DNA of 64,000 bases from the human T2T-CHM13v2.0 reference genome, Homo sapiens. Location of the stretch: NCBI RefSeq assembly GCF_009914755.1, contig NC_060931.1; one strand, 5' to 3'. Made by a program: the position numbers and the translations under genes. Position 1 is the stretch's first letter. Every line of letters starts with the position of its first letter. The notes beneath the pieces were generated by a model. That model searched no databases and was not told where the DNA came from. It worked only from the letters and a program-made list of their open reading frames with translations. Of the stretch, positions 1-14,735 are shown piece after piece.

Positions 1-310
1 GACACGGATGAAGCTGGAAACCATCATTCTAAGCAAACTATTGCAAGGACAGAAAACCAAACACCGCATGTCCTCGCTCATAGGTGGGAATTGAACAATG
101 AGAACACTTGGATGCAGGGTGGGGAACATCACACACTGGGGCCTGTCTTGGGGTTGGGGGAAGGGGGAGGGATAGCATTAGGAGATATACCTAATGTAAA
201 TGACGAGTTAACGAGTGCAGCACACCAACATGGCACATGTATACATATGTAACAAACCTGCACGTTGTGCACATGTACCATAGAACTTAAAGTAAAATAA
301 TAATTAAATA
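1..310 (+). mobile_element. L1PA5/6-type LINE-1 3' end (continues left of window)
   Basis: L1PA 3' UTR: ggatgaagctggaaaccatcattct...gatagcattaggagatatacctaatgtaaatgacgag...agaacttaaagta, then A-rich tail. Confidence 0.93.
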
Positions 311-321
311 AATGAATGAAT

Positions 322-468
322 AACCTTTTGAGGAGGTACTATTTTAATCCCCATATTACAAATGAGAAAACTGAGGGATAAGAGTTCAAGTCATCAGTAT
401 CATACTAGAGGCAAAATTCAAGCTCAGGAAGTCTGGCTGAAGTCGAACTCTTAGCACTACACTACACC
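322..468 (-). mobile_element. MIR SINE fragment
   Basis: Reverse-complement MIR core: atccccatattacaaatgagaaaactgagg. Confidence 0.75.
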
Positions 469-726
469 ATTTCTCTCTCATGATGAGGTGTTCTAGGTAC
501 CTCTCAAACAAACCTCACATGAGCAATCCAACAAGAATTGTTCTGCCACAGAACTGGAACAAATGGTATATCATATTTTGTGTCAATATATATCTGATGG
601 GATTTAAACATTTTATAATTTATATTTAGGTACATGTGTGTGCTTATGTATCTACACACATATATATGAATCTATATTAGCATAATCTAGATCTATTTCA
701 TGGAGGAGGAGGAAAGAGTAGTATCA

Positions 727-905
727 ATAATAGTAAAAATAGCTACAAACATTTATTGAATATTTATATCAGACACTGTGGTCAGTACTTTTCATGCACT
801 ATTGATTTAATTTTCCTCAGAATTTTTGATAGGTACTATGTTATCATCTACTTTTTTCAGATAATAAAACTAAGGATTAGGTAAGTAACTTTTAGTGAGC
901 CACAG
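727..905 (-). mobile_element. MIR SINE fragment
   Basis: aacatttattgaata...ttttcagataataaaactaagg resembles antisense MIR. Confidence 0.6.
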
Positions 906-1326
906 GTTCTCAGGGCCTTATGCAGAAGATATGCATTGTTAGAGGAAACTAGAACTCAAGTCCTTTGTTCTGAGAAGGTGTAAGGATGAAACTCCCATTT
1001 CCTGATATGGGTAATCTGCTAGAGAAATCAGAAGCATGGTTTTTAAACGTTTTAACTTTGAGGTGCCTACTAGATATCCATCAGACAGGAGGGGATGAGA
1101 TGCAAGGGGCAAATGAGGGGATTGGTCAAGGTAGAGACACCAAGAGCTCATTCAGCGTAAAACAAGGGGAGCCTGAGGATATGAGCAGACTCAGATTATA
1201 GGAATGTAGCTGTGAGTCAGTGGATTTTAGTAAAAATAAGAAATTCTCATCTTGCAAATCTCACTAAGCAAGCTATGATCAAATTTGAAATATTTATTTA
1301 CATTTATCAAAATGTGTTAAATATAA

Positions 1327-1773
<447 letters not shown>

Positions 1774-1789
1774 TAAGAAATGTCATGGG

Positions 1790-2105
<316 letters not shown>

Positions 2106-2461
2106 TTAACAATGGGTTAATCTCTCCTGGCTGCTTACATTTCCTTGGTGAAGAATATATAAGTATGGAGAGAAAAGCAAAGTTGTTGAGAAAAGAGAAA
2201 CTGTGAAGGGGAGATGGAATGAATCTTGGACATGCAATTGAATTTCTAGGCAGCAGTAAGGACGAATTTGAGGTTCACAGTTACTAATCAAATGTGAAAC
2301 CCCTCTAGTTTATCTGTGCATATACAGCATACAGTTGGATTTAAATGGGGTTTGTGGAGAAAGGATTTGAGAGTGTGAACAAAGGCATTTGGACATTTTT
2401 GAGGATAATAATGCTGCTGCTGCTGCTGATGATGACAAAAGCTAGCCTTATAGTGTAGTGT

Positions 2462-2888
2462 TGATACGGTTTGAATGTCTTTTCCAAAAGTCATGTTGAA
2501 ACCTATTTCCCAAAGTGGCAGTATTGAGAGGTGGAAAACGGGTGATTTGATCATGAGGGCAGAGCCCTCTTGGATTAATGGGTCAATAGGTTAATGGATT
2601 AATGGGTTATCATGTTATTAATGGGTTATCATGGGAACAGGCAGCTTTTTAAGAACAGAAAGAGAGACCTAAGATAGCACATTTGCATGCTCAGCCTCCC
2701 TCCATGTGGTATCCTGTGCCATCTCTGGACTCTCTAGAAATTTCCACTAACAAGAAGGTTCTCACCACTTGTGGCCCTACAACTTTGGACATCTCAATCT
2801 CCAGAACTATAAGAAATAAATTACTTTTCTTTATAAATTATTCCATTTGAGATATTTTGTTATAAGCAACAGAAAACAGACTAATACA
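2462..2888 (+). mobile_element. MSTC-type ERVL-MaLR solo LTR
   Basis: tg...ca termini; internal ggattaatggg repeats; 3' end gttataagcaacagaaaacagactaataca. Confidence 0.88.
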
Positions 2889-3118
2889 AATGCATACTGT
2901 GTACCAGAAAGGAGCCATTCTAAGTATCTTATATAAATTATTTATTCATCATAATAACCTAATATGGTATGTCTAACTATTATTGTTGCAATTTAATAGT
3001 AAACTGATGCAGAATGATTTGATAACTTATTGGAGTTTACAGCTAGTAGAAGGTGAAGGCAGGGAAATGCTTTTACAAGCCAGGTAGTCTGGCTTTGTAT
3101 ACTAATAATTCTATACCA
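2889..3118 (-). mobile_element. MIR fragment (adjacent to or interrupted by MSTC)
   Basis: aaactgatgcagaatgatttgataactt...acagctagta...ccaggtagtctggct. Confidence 0.55.
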
Positions 3119-3586
3119 TCAGGGAGGACTGTGCTATCTACTGAATAAGGAGAGGATTAAGAACACCTAGGAGGAAGGTAATGAAATGGTAGAAGAATCT
3201 ATGAATTGTGGGAAGAATCGATGAGTTGTAGAGCAAAAAGAATGAATGTTGGAGTTGGGATCTTCAAAGAGGTATACTAGAAAATTAGGAAGGGTTGGTT
3301 GGAGAGTGGAAGGCTTGAAATTAAAGATTATAAAGGAAGTGTATATATTTGGAATGATAAGTTCTAGAATACAATCCTGTAGAAGTGTGACTAATGTAAT
3401 AAAGTTCAAGGTCTCTGGAGGAAAAGAGATCAAAGAAGAAGTGAGAGACCAAAGTACTGGAAATATTATATAGCAGTACTGAAGTCATCAAGACAGAACT
3501 AGTTTTGAAGGGAATTACTTAAATCCAGGGACTAAAATGGTCAACGAATAAAGTGAATTGACACTTAGCTGGTGAATGATGGAGGA

Positions 3587-3781
3587 TGGAGTTGCCAGAT
3601 TTAGCAAATAAAAAATACAGGATGCCCAGATACATTTGAATTTCAGATTTTTTTAAATGAATATTTTTAGTATAAGTATGTCTCAAATATGGCATGGAAC
3701 ATACGTACACCAAAAAATTATTTGTTGTTCATCTGAATGTCAAATGTAGCTGAGCATCTTGTATTTCATCTGGCAACCCTA
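3587..3781. mobile_element. MER53 palindromic hAT-like MITE
   Basis: TIRs gttgccagat ... atctggcaaccct; the element is an imperfect palindrome around tagtataagtatgtctca. Confidence 0.9.
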
Positions 3782-4679
3782 TTACTGGAACCAATATCTC
3801 AACTCAAATTTGTCTTACTTACAGGCTGAATTCCTAAACTGGATAAGATAGATCTTTACCACTAGTATTAATTTAAGCAAACAGAGCAATGAATAAGTTT
3901 TACCAAGTCAGAATTTTATTCCTAGTTGGCTAAATTAGAGTAACTGTATTCCAGGATCTTATAATAATATATTCACATGAAAATATGAATGCATATGGCA
4001 TTTTGTAAAAGCAAAAGTATTTTCACAGCATAAGCTGCATTCTAAAATTTTTATCACTAGTTATATGTGTAATAGGATGCCAGTGGGCAAGCTCCCTGAT
4101 CATCTCTTGGTTGTTAATTCAGTTTAGTGAATAAGTTCAATTATGATGACAGGAAAATAGCCTATGCATTATCACAAATCATCTTTCATCTTTGATACAA
4201 ATGAAAAGATTACTTTCAATAATTCCATAGTTATATTTAAAGCAAATTTAGCATTGTGTTTGAAGTTATGCTTTTAAAAGTAATAGGTCCCACAATTTGG
4301 AACCAATACTGTAAAAAGATCTGTCATTTAAATATGGCTTCTTTCCTTTTCAAAATGCTATTACTATTTATTGAATTATATAGACAAAATCATGAAAGAT
4401 AGGAATATATGTGTATTAAAGAGAATAGAAATCTAAATAATTTCAAATGAATTAAACATACAAATATGTTCTAATATAGTTATATGGTGATTTTATAATC
4501 CATTAGGACCCTAAGTGTTTTCATATTATGGACTTTTCCTGTGAAACCTATAAATGATATAGGAAATATACATGGATTATATATTACAAAAATATTTTGA
4601 TAGATATTTCATAAAATTTAAACTTTATAACTTTTAAAGATATCTCACATTTTCATAAAATGATATTTCAAAGTAATTT

Positions 4680-4880
4680 TATATATATCATCTCAATGAT
4701 TGCCACAATTCTGTGAAGAAGATAGAATAGGTATAATAATTTTTTTCTGTAAATAAGAAAATTAAGGAAAAATGGAAAGCTTAAAAGGTCACAAGCTAAT
4801 AAATGGGAGAGTGGGTTGAAGAACCAGATATTTCTATTATTGTTTCTGTGTTCTTTTTACTGAAATAACATACCTCCTAA
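4680..4880 (-). mobile_element. MIR fragment
   Basis: acaattctgtgaag...tgtaaataagaaaattaagg...aggtcacaagctaataaatgg. Confidence 0.55.
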
Positions 4881-7800
4881 GCTGCTCCTATTTGTGTATA
4901 CTATACCATGCCGTTTCTGTTCTTATTAAAATTATAATTAACAGCTCTTAGAGATCACTTTATAATTCTTGATAACATATTATTGAAATCTCACTAAAAT
5001 CATTGTTTAAAAATCGTTAAGAATGCAAAACCTGGATATTACTGTATCCAACCAAGATAGAGTAATGGGGACCAGATTTACCCTCTTAACTGAAACAACC
5101 ATAAAACAGACAAAATATTTGAAACACTACCTTTCAAGAGACTAGACATCATCAACAAAAAAGAGTGATCCCCGAGAGACAGGAAAGGTAAGGTAACTCA
5201 AGAAAGAAAAGGTAAGCTCGACAATTTTCCTACTGTCCTTAGAGACTTTCCAGACTGTGATACAAAAAAAGCAAACCCAGGCAGAGGCTGGCAGACTCCT
5301 CGAGTTGAGTTGGTCTGGTAGTATTGGGAGACTAGGTAGCTAGAGTTCTCAAGACAGTATACCAAGATGGAAAAGCTACAGGGAAAGAGATTTAACAGGT
5401 GTTTTTCTCAAAGTATTCACTAAATTATTATCACACATACATGTGAGGAAAATACTGAAGGACAGAAAAAGCACCACTCAAAATGACTAGAGGTGACAGT
5501 GACCAGTTCTCACACCAGGCCAAGAATGGTGCCATTTCCCACCAGCCATACTGGAAATCACATAATTCATGGCATTGGATAGAAAGCACAGAAAGATCTC
5601 GCCTCAATCATGAGAATCAGCCTTAGATCAAGCATTGCTCTGGTCCTATCTAGAAGAAATCTTAAACACCTGACCCAAAAGTATCAAACTCTCTTTAACT
5701 AACTAAATTGTGTCCCAGAACAAAGTTCAAAACTATTTATAGGAATACAAAAATATCTAACATCTTATAAGGTAAAATTCATGATATCTGGCATCCAATA
5801 AAAATGATCAGGCATACAAAGAAACAGGAAAATATAACCCATAATAAAGAGAACTATCAAACAAAAGATCAAAACTGACACAGATATTAGAATTAGAAGA
5901 AAAAGGCACTAAAACAGTTATAACAACTGTATTCCATATGTTTAGAAAATTATGTAAAGACATACAATATATAAACAAGACTCAAATTGAACTTCTAAAT
6001 ATGAAAGCTACGATGTGAGATGCAAAATACGCTGGATGGAAATAACAGCAGATTCACTACTGCAGAAAAAAACTAGAAAACTTACAGACAAAACAAAGAA
6101 ACAATTTAAAATGAAATGCAGAGTAAAACAGTAAAAACAACAACAAAAATGGGCAAAGTGTCCATTAGCTATGGGGCAAATTCAAGTGGTCTAAAATGTA
6201 TATCATTACAGTTCCCAGAGTCAGCAAAGGGGAACAGAAAAAAATTGAAGAAATAATAGCTCAAAATTTTGCAAATATGATGAAAACTATAAATCCATAG
6301 ATTCAAGAAGCTAAATTAACTCCAAGCCCTAAACATCATTACTGAATTGTCAAAGCCACATTATGTACAGAAAAACAAAGACAAGAATGACAGCAGATTT
6401 CTATCACTGAAGGTCAACCTATATTTCTATATTCAACAAAGACATATTTTAAAGATGAAGGTGAAACATAAAAAATCGGAAAGAATTCATCACCAGCATA
6501 CCCATACTATAAGAAATGTTAAAGGAAGTTTTAGACAGACAGATATATGAATCTATAAAAAGAAATGAAAAGACTGGAAAGAGTAATTTATGGGTAAACA
6601 TATACAATTTTTAAAAATTATTTAAGTATCTCTAAAAGATAATTAACTTTTTAAATTTTTTGATAATTGACTATCTAAACAAAAACAATAGTAATGCATT
6701 GAGGGGTTTATACTATCAGTAAAAGTAAGATTAACGAAAAAATAGCAGAAACTGGAGAGGAGAAATCAAAGTACACAATTGCAAGTTCTTATACTATATG
6801 TAAAGAGGTATAATATAACTTGAAAAATTGTGGTAAGTTAAAGAACCCTAAAGCAACCATTGAGATAGCTAAACAAGGAATTATAGTAAGTAAGCCAACA
6901 AAGGAGATAAAATGCAATCATAAAGATTTGTTTACTTTGATTAATCCAAAAAGAAGCAGAAAATGAGGAAAGAGTGAGCATAGATGGAACAAACAGAAAA
7001 CAAGTATCAAGATGACAGATTTAAACCTACTCAAATTAATAATCACATTAAACGTAAATTATCTTATTACCCAATTAAAAGGCAAAAATTGTTAGATTGT
7101 ATTTTTTTAATTAAGACCTAACTATATGCTTTCTATAAGAAATTCACTTTAAGCATAAAGTAACAAATAGGTTAAAACTGAAATGATGCAAAAATTATAC
7201 CACACTAACACGGATCAAAAGGCAATTGGAATGGCTATATTCGTACCAATTAAAGTAGATTTCTGAGCAATGAAAATTAGCAGGGATAAAGAGCATTTTA
7301 TAATAATAAAAGTGTCAATTTATTTAGAGAGCATACAATCAGTTATGAACCTAATAACAGAGTTTCAAAATATATAAAGCACAAACTATATAGAATCAGA
7401 ATCAAAAAATAGAAAATTAGAAAATAGAAAATTGTACCATTAAGTCAGATATCTTAATAACTCTCTCAATAATTAATGATAGAATAAAAGGACAGAAAAA
7501 TTGGTAAGAATATAGAAGACTTGAGCAACATTATCAACAACCTGACCTAATTGCTTTTATAGAGCACTTCACCCAACAACAACAAATATACACTGTTTTC
7601 ATGTGCACATGGGAAATTGACCAAGACAGGTCATACTATGGGCAATAAAACAAATATTAATAAATTTAAAAGGATTCATATCATGCAAAATACGTTCTCT
7701 CCATAGCATAATTAAATTTTAAACAAACAGAAGTATTCCTGGGAAATCGCCAAATATTTAGAGCAAAATAATATAATATACTTTAAAATAACCCATGGTT

Positions 7801-9199
7801 CAAAAAAATCAAAAGGGAAATTAGAAAGTATTTTTGAACTGAATGAAGACAGGAGTAAAACAGACTTAAATTTGTGAGATGCCGATAAAGCAATATTGAG
7901 GGACGAATTTTTAGTACTAAATGCCTGTATTTAAAAAAATAAAGATCACATGTCCAAGACTTCAGCTTCTACCTTAACACATTAGAAAAAGGAGATAGAT
8001 TAAATCCAAAGTAAGTAAAAGAAAGAAAATAAGATCAGAAGGAAAATTAATGAAATAAAATATAAAATCAATGTAACTGAAAGCTTATTCTTTAAGAAAA
8101 TCAATAACATCGACACTCTTTTAGCAAGATCATAAAGAGAGGGAAATACAAATCACCCAATAAGGAATGAGAGAGGTGACATCACTAAAGATGCCACAGA
8201 TATTAAAAGGATGATTAGTGTATATGACAACTTCATGCCAAAAAAGTCAAAACTTAAATTTTTTTGACAAATTCTTTAAAAGGTACAAACAAGATTTCAA
8301 GAAGAAATAGATAACCTAAATAATCTATACCTGTTAAATAAATAGAATATGAAGTTTAAAAGCTTCCCAAGAAGAAAACTCTAAGCTCAGATGACTTCAT
8401 TGGTGAATTCTAGCAAACTTTTAAGGATAAAATATACCAATTCCGTACTCCTCCAGAAAATTAAAAAGGAGCGTCTTCTTCCCCCACTCACTCTATAAAG
8501 TCAGTATTGCCCTGAACCAAAACCAGATTTTACAAAACAAGAAAACTACAAATCGGTATCCTTTGCGAGCATAAATGGAATAATTTTAAACAAATATCTT
8601 GCAAAACAAATTCAACAACATTATCAAGTGAAAAAAATCAGGATTAGGTCGAGTGCATCCTCAAAGACAGGGCTGGTTTAACATGTGAATGTTAATCAAT
8701 GTAATTCACCATATTAACAGACTTAAAAAGAAAAATGATATGATCAGCTCAGTAGACATCAAAAAAGTATTTGACAAAATACAGCACCATTGTTGATTTA
8801 AAATTCTCAACAAATTAAGCCTACAGGAGAACTTTCTCAACCCAATAAAGGGCATCTATGAAAACATATATAACAGAAAAAGACTAAATGCTTTTCCACT
8901 AAAATCAGAAATGACAAAAATGTTGTCTCTTGCCATTTCTATTGTACTAAAGTTTTTATGAGTTCAATAAGGCAGAAAAATGACATTAAAGAAAAGACAT
9001 CTAGATTGGAAAAAGAAGTAAAACTATCTTTATTCTTAGATCACATGAGTGTCTATGTAAAAAAACCCAACTGAATCTACAAAATAACTTCCAGAATCAT
9101 CAAGTAAATTTAACAAGGTTTCAGGATACAAAATCAATATGTAAAAATGAATGACAGTTTTATACACTAGCAATGAGCAATTGTAATTTTAGATTTAAA

Positions 9200-9890
9200 A
9201 GTACTAAAGTCAAAAAAATAACATGCTGGCAAGGTTGCAAAGAAAACACTCATACACTGTTGGTGGAAGTGTAAATTAGTTCAACCATTGCGGAAAGCAG
9301 TATGATGATTCCTCAAAGGACTAAAAGCAGAACTACCATTCGACCTAGCAATCCCATTACTGGATATATACCCAGATGAATATAAACCATTCTACCATAA
9401 AGACCCACGTATGCAAATGTTCATTGCAGCACTATTCACAATATCAGAAACATGGAATCAACCTAAATGCCCATCAATGACAGGTGGGATTAAAAAATGT
9501 GGTACATATACACCATGGAATACTATGCAGCCCTATAAAATAACAACATCATGTCTTTTGTGGAAACACGGATACAGCTGGGGGCTATTAGCCTTAGCAA
9601 ACAAACTCAGGAAAAGAAACCAAATACTGTATGTTTTCACTTACAAGTGGGAGCTAAATGATAAGAAATTATAACACAAAGAAGGAAAGAACAGACCCTG
9701 GGGTCTACATGAATGGGGAGATGGGAAGAAGGAGAGGAGCAGAAAAGATAACTATTGGGCACTGGGCTTAATACTTGAGTGATGAAATAACCTGCACAAC
9801 AAACCCCTGTGACACTTGTTTACCTATATAACAAACCTTCACATATACCCACAAACCTAAAATAAAAGTTTAAAAATAAATAAATAAACA
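9200..9890 (+). mobile_element. L1PA15-type 3' fragment nested in L1ME1
   Basis: gagaggagcagaaaagataactattggg...acaaaccttcacat...cctaaaataaaagtt plus A-rich tail. Confidence 0.85.
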
Positions 9891-11067
9891 ACTTCAAGAA
9901 TAAGTGTGACAAAATATGTGAAAAAATATTACAGTTAAAACTAAGAAGGCATTGCTAAAAAAAATTAAAGAAGACCTAAATATTTGAAGAGGCATACTGT
10001 GTTCATGAGTCAGAAGACTCAATGTTACTAAGATGTCAAAAAATTCAAAACTTGATCCATAAATAGATTCAGCATCTCAATAGAAATCCAAGCAAGATTT
10101 TGTAGAAATTGACAAGCTGATTCTAAATTTATATGGAAATGGAAAAGATGTAAATAGCCAAAATAATGGAAAAATAAGATAAAGGTTGGAAGATTAACAC
10201 TACCTTCTTTCAAACTTATAAAGTTTCAATAATCATAATGATGTGGAATTGGTACAAAAACACAGGCATAGATCAAAGGAACAGAATAGGGAGTCCAGAA
10301 ATGGATCCATACATATATGGACAACTGATTTTGACCAAGGTGTAAGGGCAATTCAGCATAAAAGGGTAGTCTTTTCAACAAATTATTCTGGAGAAGTTAG
10401 ACATGCCAAAAAATGAATTTTTAATCCATAACTTGCACTATATACAGAAATTAACTCAAAATGGATCATAGACTTAAATGCAAAATGGAAAACTACAAAA
10501 TTTCTCAAAGAAAACTTGGGAGAAAATCTTTGTGAATTTGGGTAAAGGCAAAGATTTCTTAGATATGGCACCAAAAGCATGATCCAGAAAAAATAAGAAT
10601 AAAGTGAATTTCAACACACAGTAAACACCTGCTCATCAAAATACACTGTTGAGAGAATGAAAAGATAAGACTACGAGACTAAGAAAAAAAATTTCAAATC
10701 TTGTAGTTGATGAGGGTGTATATTCAGAATATGTTCTGAAACTCCCTAAATTTAATACAAACAGCCCAATAAGAAAGAGAAAAAACTCTTTGAACAGACA
10801 CTTCACCATATAAGGTATATGGATAGCAAATAAGGCTCAACATCAACAGTTATTAGGGAAATGCAATTTAAAACTACTATGAGATACAACTACACACCTA
10901 GATATTTATTAGGATGACTAAAATGTAAAAGACTGATCATTCTAAGTGTTAATAAGGTTGTGAAGGAACTTGAACTCTCATACTCTGCTGGTAGGAATTT
11001 TTTTTTTTTTAATCCCTCACCTCCTTCCCATCCCTTCCCCTAGTCCCCAAAGTCTACTGTACCATTC

Positions 11068-11429
<362 letters not shown>

Positions 11430-11549
11430 TGAGAAAATATGATGTTTGGTATTCCATTCCTGAGTTACTTCACTAAGAATAATAGTCTCTAATTCCATAC
11501 AGGTTGCTGCAAATGCAATTATTTCATTCCTTTTTATAGCTGAGTAGTA

Positions 11550-11552
<3 letters not shown>

Positions 11553-11596
<44 letters not shown>
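11553..11596. repeat. (AT)22 microsatellite
   Basis: Uninterrupted AT run inside L1PB1. Confidence 0.97.
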
Positions 11597-11599
<3 letters not shown>

Positions 11600-12330
11600 A
11601 TTTTTTTACTTGTTGATTGATGGGCATTGGGCTGGTTCAATATTTTTGCAAATTGCAAATTGTGCTGCTATAAACATGCGTGTGCAAATATAGTTTTTGT
11701 ATAATGACTTCTTTTCCTCTGGGTAGACACCTAATAGTGGGATTGCTGGATCAAATGATAAATGTACTTTTAGTTATTTAAGGAATCTCCACACTGTTTT
11801 CCATAGTGGTTGTAATAGTTTACATTACCAGACTGCTGGTAGGAATGTTTAATGGTATAATCACTATGAAACGCTTTTGGCTAACTCATAAAAAGTTTAA
11901 CATTCATCCACCATATGACCCAGCCATTCCACTCTTAGGTATTTATTTAAGAGAAATAGAAACATATGTTCTTGCAAATATTTAGACACAAATATTTATA
12001 AAAGCATGATTGGTCATAGCCAAATGTTGGAAACAATGCAAATGCCCATCAGTAGATTTATCAATACAAGAGAATACTACTCAGCAATAAAACAGGAATG
12101 TACTATTGACACATGCTACAACATGGATGGATCTCAAAATAATTACACTGAGTGAGAAAAGCCAGACCAGATAATAATATGTACTATATATTCTATTTAT
12201 ATAAAATACTAGAGAAGGCAAGCTAATGCATAGTGACAGAAAGATCAGAGATTGCCTGGAAAAGGCAGCGAAGGAAGATGCAAAGGTTCAGGAAAAAAGG
12301 TTATGAAGGGGCAGCAGGAAACTCTGGGGT

Positions 12331-12626
<296 letters not shown>

Positions 12627-12725
12627 AACACCCTGGGGTGATGATGGATATATTTACTATCTTGATTGTGGTGACAGTTTCACAGGTGTATACATATATT
12701 AAAAATTATTGAAATATATTCTTTA

Positions 12726-13397
12726 CATAATGTCCTCTAGGTTCATCCATGTTTTTACAATAACAGGATTTCCTTCCTTTTTAAGGCTGAATAGCATTAC
12801 ATTGGGTAAACATACTGCATTTTCTTTATCTCTCCATTCATTGATGGACACTTAGGTTGATTTCATTCTTGGCTATTTTGTATAACGCTACAATGAACAT
12901 GGGAGTGCAGATATTTCTTCGACTTAATGATTTCATTTCCTTTAGATATGTACCCAAAGTGAAATAAGCCAGGAACAAAAAGACAAACACTGAATGATCT
13001 CACTTATATAGAAGATCTAAAAAAACTGAACTCAATAGAAGTAGAGAGTAGAACTGGGGTTTCCTGGGATGGAGCGGGGGGGCAGTTAGAGAGATGCTGG
13101 CCAAAGGATACAAAATTTCAGCTAGATAGGAAAAATAACTTAAAGAGATTTATTGTACAACATGGTGACTATAGTTAATCAGAATGTACTATATTGTTAA
13201 AAATCACTGAGACTGAATTTTAAGTGTTCTCACCACGAAAAAGTATTTGAGGTAAGGCATATTTAATTAGCTTGATGGAGCCATTCTTCCATATATACCT
13301 ATTTTAAAATAGGTATATATACACCATGTTGTACAAAATAATATATATATTATTTTTATTTGTCAATAAAATAAAATAAAAAATTAATTATTTTTAA
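12726..13397 (+). mobile_element. L1MA6-type 3' end with inverted 5' segment (about 12726-12958 on minus)
   Basis: Minus segment (rc atggatgaacctagaggacattatgt) abuts in consensus the plus segment aagtgaaataagccagg; L1MA6 3' UTR; TSD aaatatattcttta / aaatatatctttta. Confidence 0.82.
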
Positions 13398-13475
13398 AAA
13401 TATATCTTTTAAATATGTGCAGTTTATTCTATGTCAATCATAACTCAATAAAGCTGTGGTAAAGAAAACAAAACC

Positions 13476-14735
13476 CACAATAATAAAGAAAAAAGGAAAG
13501 AGAAACACAATGGCAGTTTTGGAAACTGAAAAGCAACTCAAGGGGGTGGAGGGCAAGGGGAAGGACAGCATTAGGACAAATACCTAATGCATGGGTGGCT
13601 TAAAACCTAGATGACGGGTTGATAGGTGCAGTAAACCACCGTGGCATATGTATGCCTATGTAACAAACCTGCACATTCTGCACATGTATCCCAGAACTTA
13701 AAGTAAAATTAAAAAAAAGAGAAGCAGCTGAATTAGTGGCAACTTATGAAAGATCTAAGAAAACTAGATTTAAGAAAGCACCATGGAAAATCAAGGAGTT
13801 CTGGGCCTTAAAGCAAAAAAGTCTCCAGAACTGTTGGCCACAGGTACCCCTGAAAATAAGATGAGAACTGAAATGTTCATACTGAGAGATTCGCTGTTAG
13901 ATTCCAGTGTCCTCTGTTTTACCCTAATAAAACCATGGAGATTAATTGTCTAAAGAAAATAATCAAGATATTCTATGAGTTAGACACAAGACACAAGAGT
14001 GGATTGTTCTCCTGAAAACAGGAGGATGAATTGAACACAAGCCCACCAGTTCTATTCTCCAGAATACTCAGAACACTCACAGCCAGGCCACTACTCTTCG
14101 AAAAGGAGACTTAGATGATCTTTCCTTGGAAACCAGACCAGCACAAGAGGAAAAATCTGAAGGCAAAGGTATAAAACAGTGCAATATGATCATTTTACAA
14201 TGCAGCTAACAGTCAACATGCCCCAGCCATGCTACCAAGATTTCCAATAATTATATGAACCTCTGATTCTTAAATATGAGCAAAAATCCCAAGACTACAA
14301 GACACCTGAGAAAAGTTCCTAGGAGAACATTGAGCAGTAAAGGAAATTAATCATGGTTTACCTTATCATTCCATTATGAATGGTGCTTACATGGTATAAT
14401 AATGTAGACACATTATATTAATCTAAGCAAAATAACAATTGTATTGAGAAATGAAAATATAGAAAGATACTTCATGCATTATGGGAGTGAGTGGAGGAAA
14501 GAGGTGATTTCTGGTCCTTTGAACTGGGAAGTCAGTTGATAATGCTTAAAGCTGTCAAGCCAAAAAGTATGGTTCAACTGCATAATCTAGAGACTCAACT
14601 CATACCAAACGAATCAGCAATACTTGTGTATGGAGTTGCTTCTGAGACAGGGAAAATGAAGGGAGGGGATGAGTATGGTAGATTTTCATAAAAGCCTTGT
14701 TGAACCATTTGAGTATGTATCACTTTGATCAAAAT
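13476..14735 (+). mobile_element. HAL1 (half-L1) relic; 5' part continues at about 4940-5032
   Basis: aaacccacaa...ttttggaaactgaaaagca and 3' end gggaagtcagttgataatgcttaaa...aaagccttgttgaaccatttga...actttgatcaaaat resemble HAL1. Confidence 0.6.
13541..13718 (+). mobile_element. L1PA8 3' end
   Basis: gcattaggacaaatacctaatgcatg...cttaaaacctagatgacgggttgataggtgcag; TSD gaaaagcaact / gagaagcagct. Confidence 0.9.

Noticed and set aside
2412-2435. CTG/CAG run giving a poly-Q ORF
   Set aside because: Only about five units in repeat-derived sequence.
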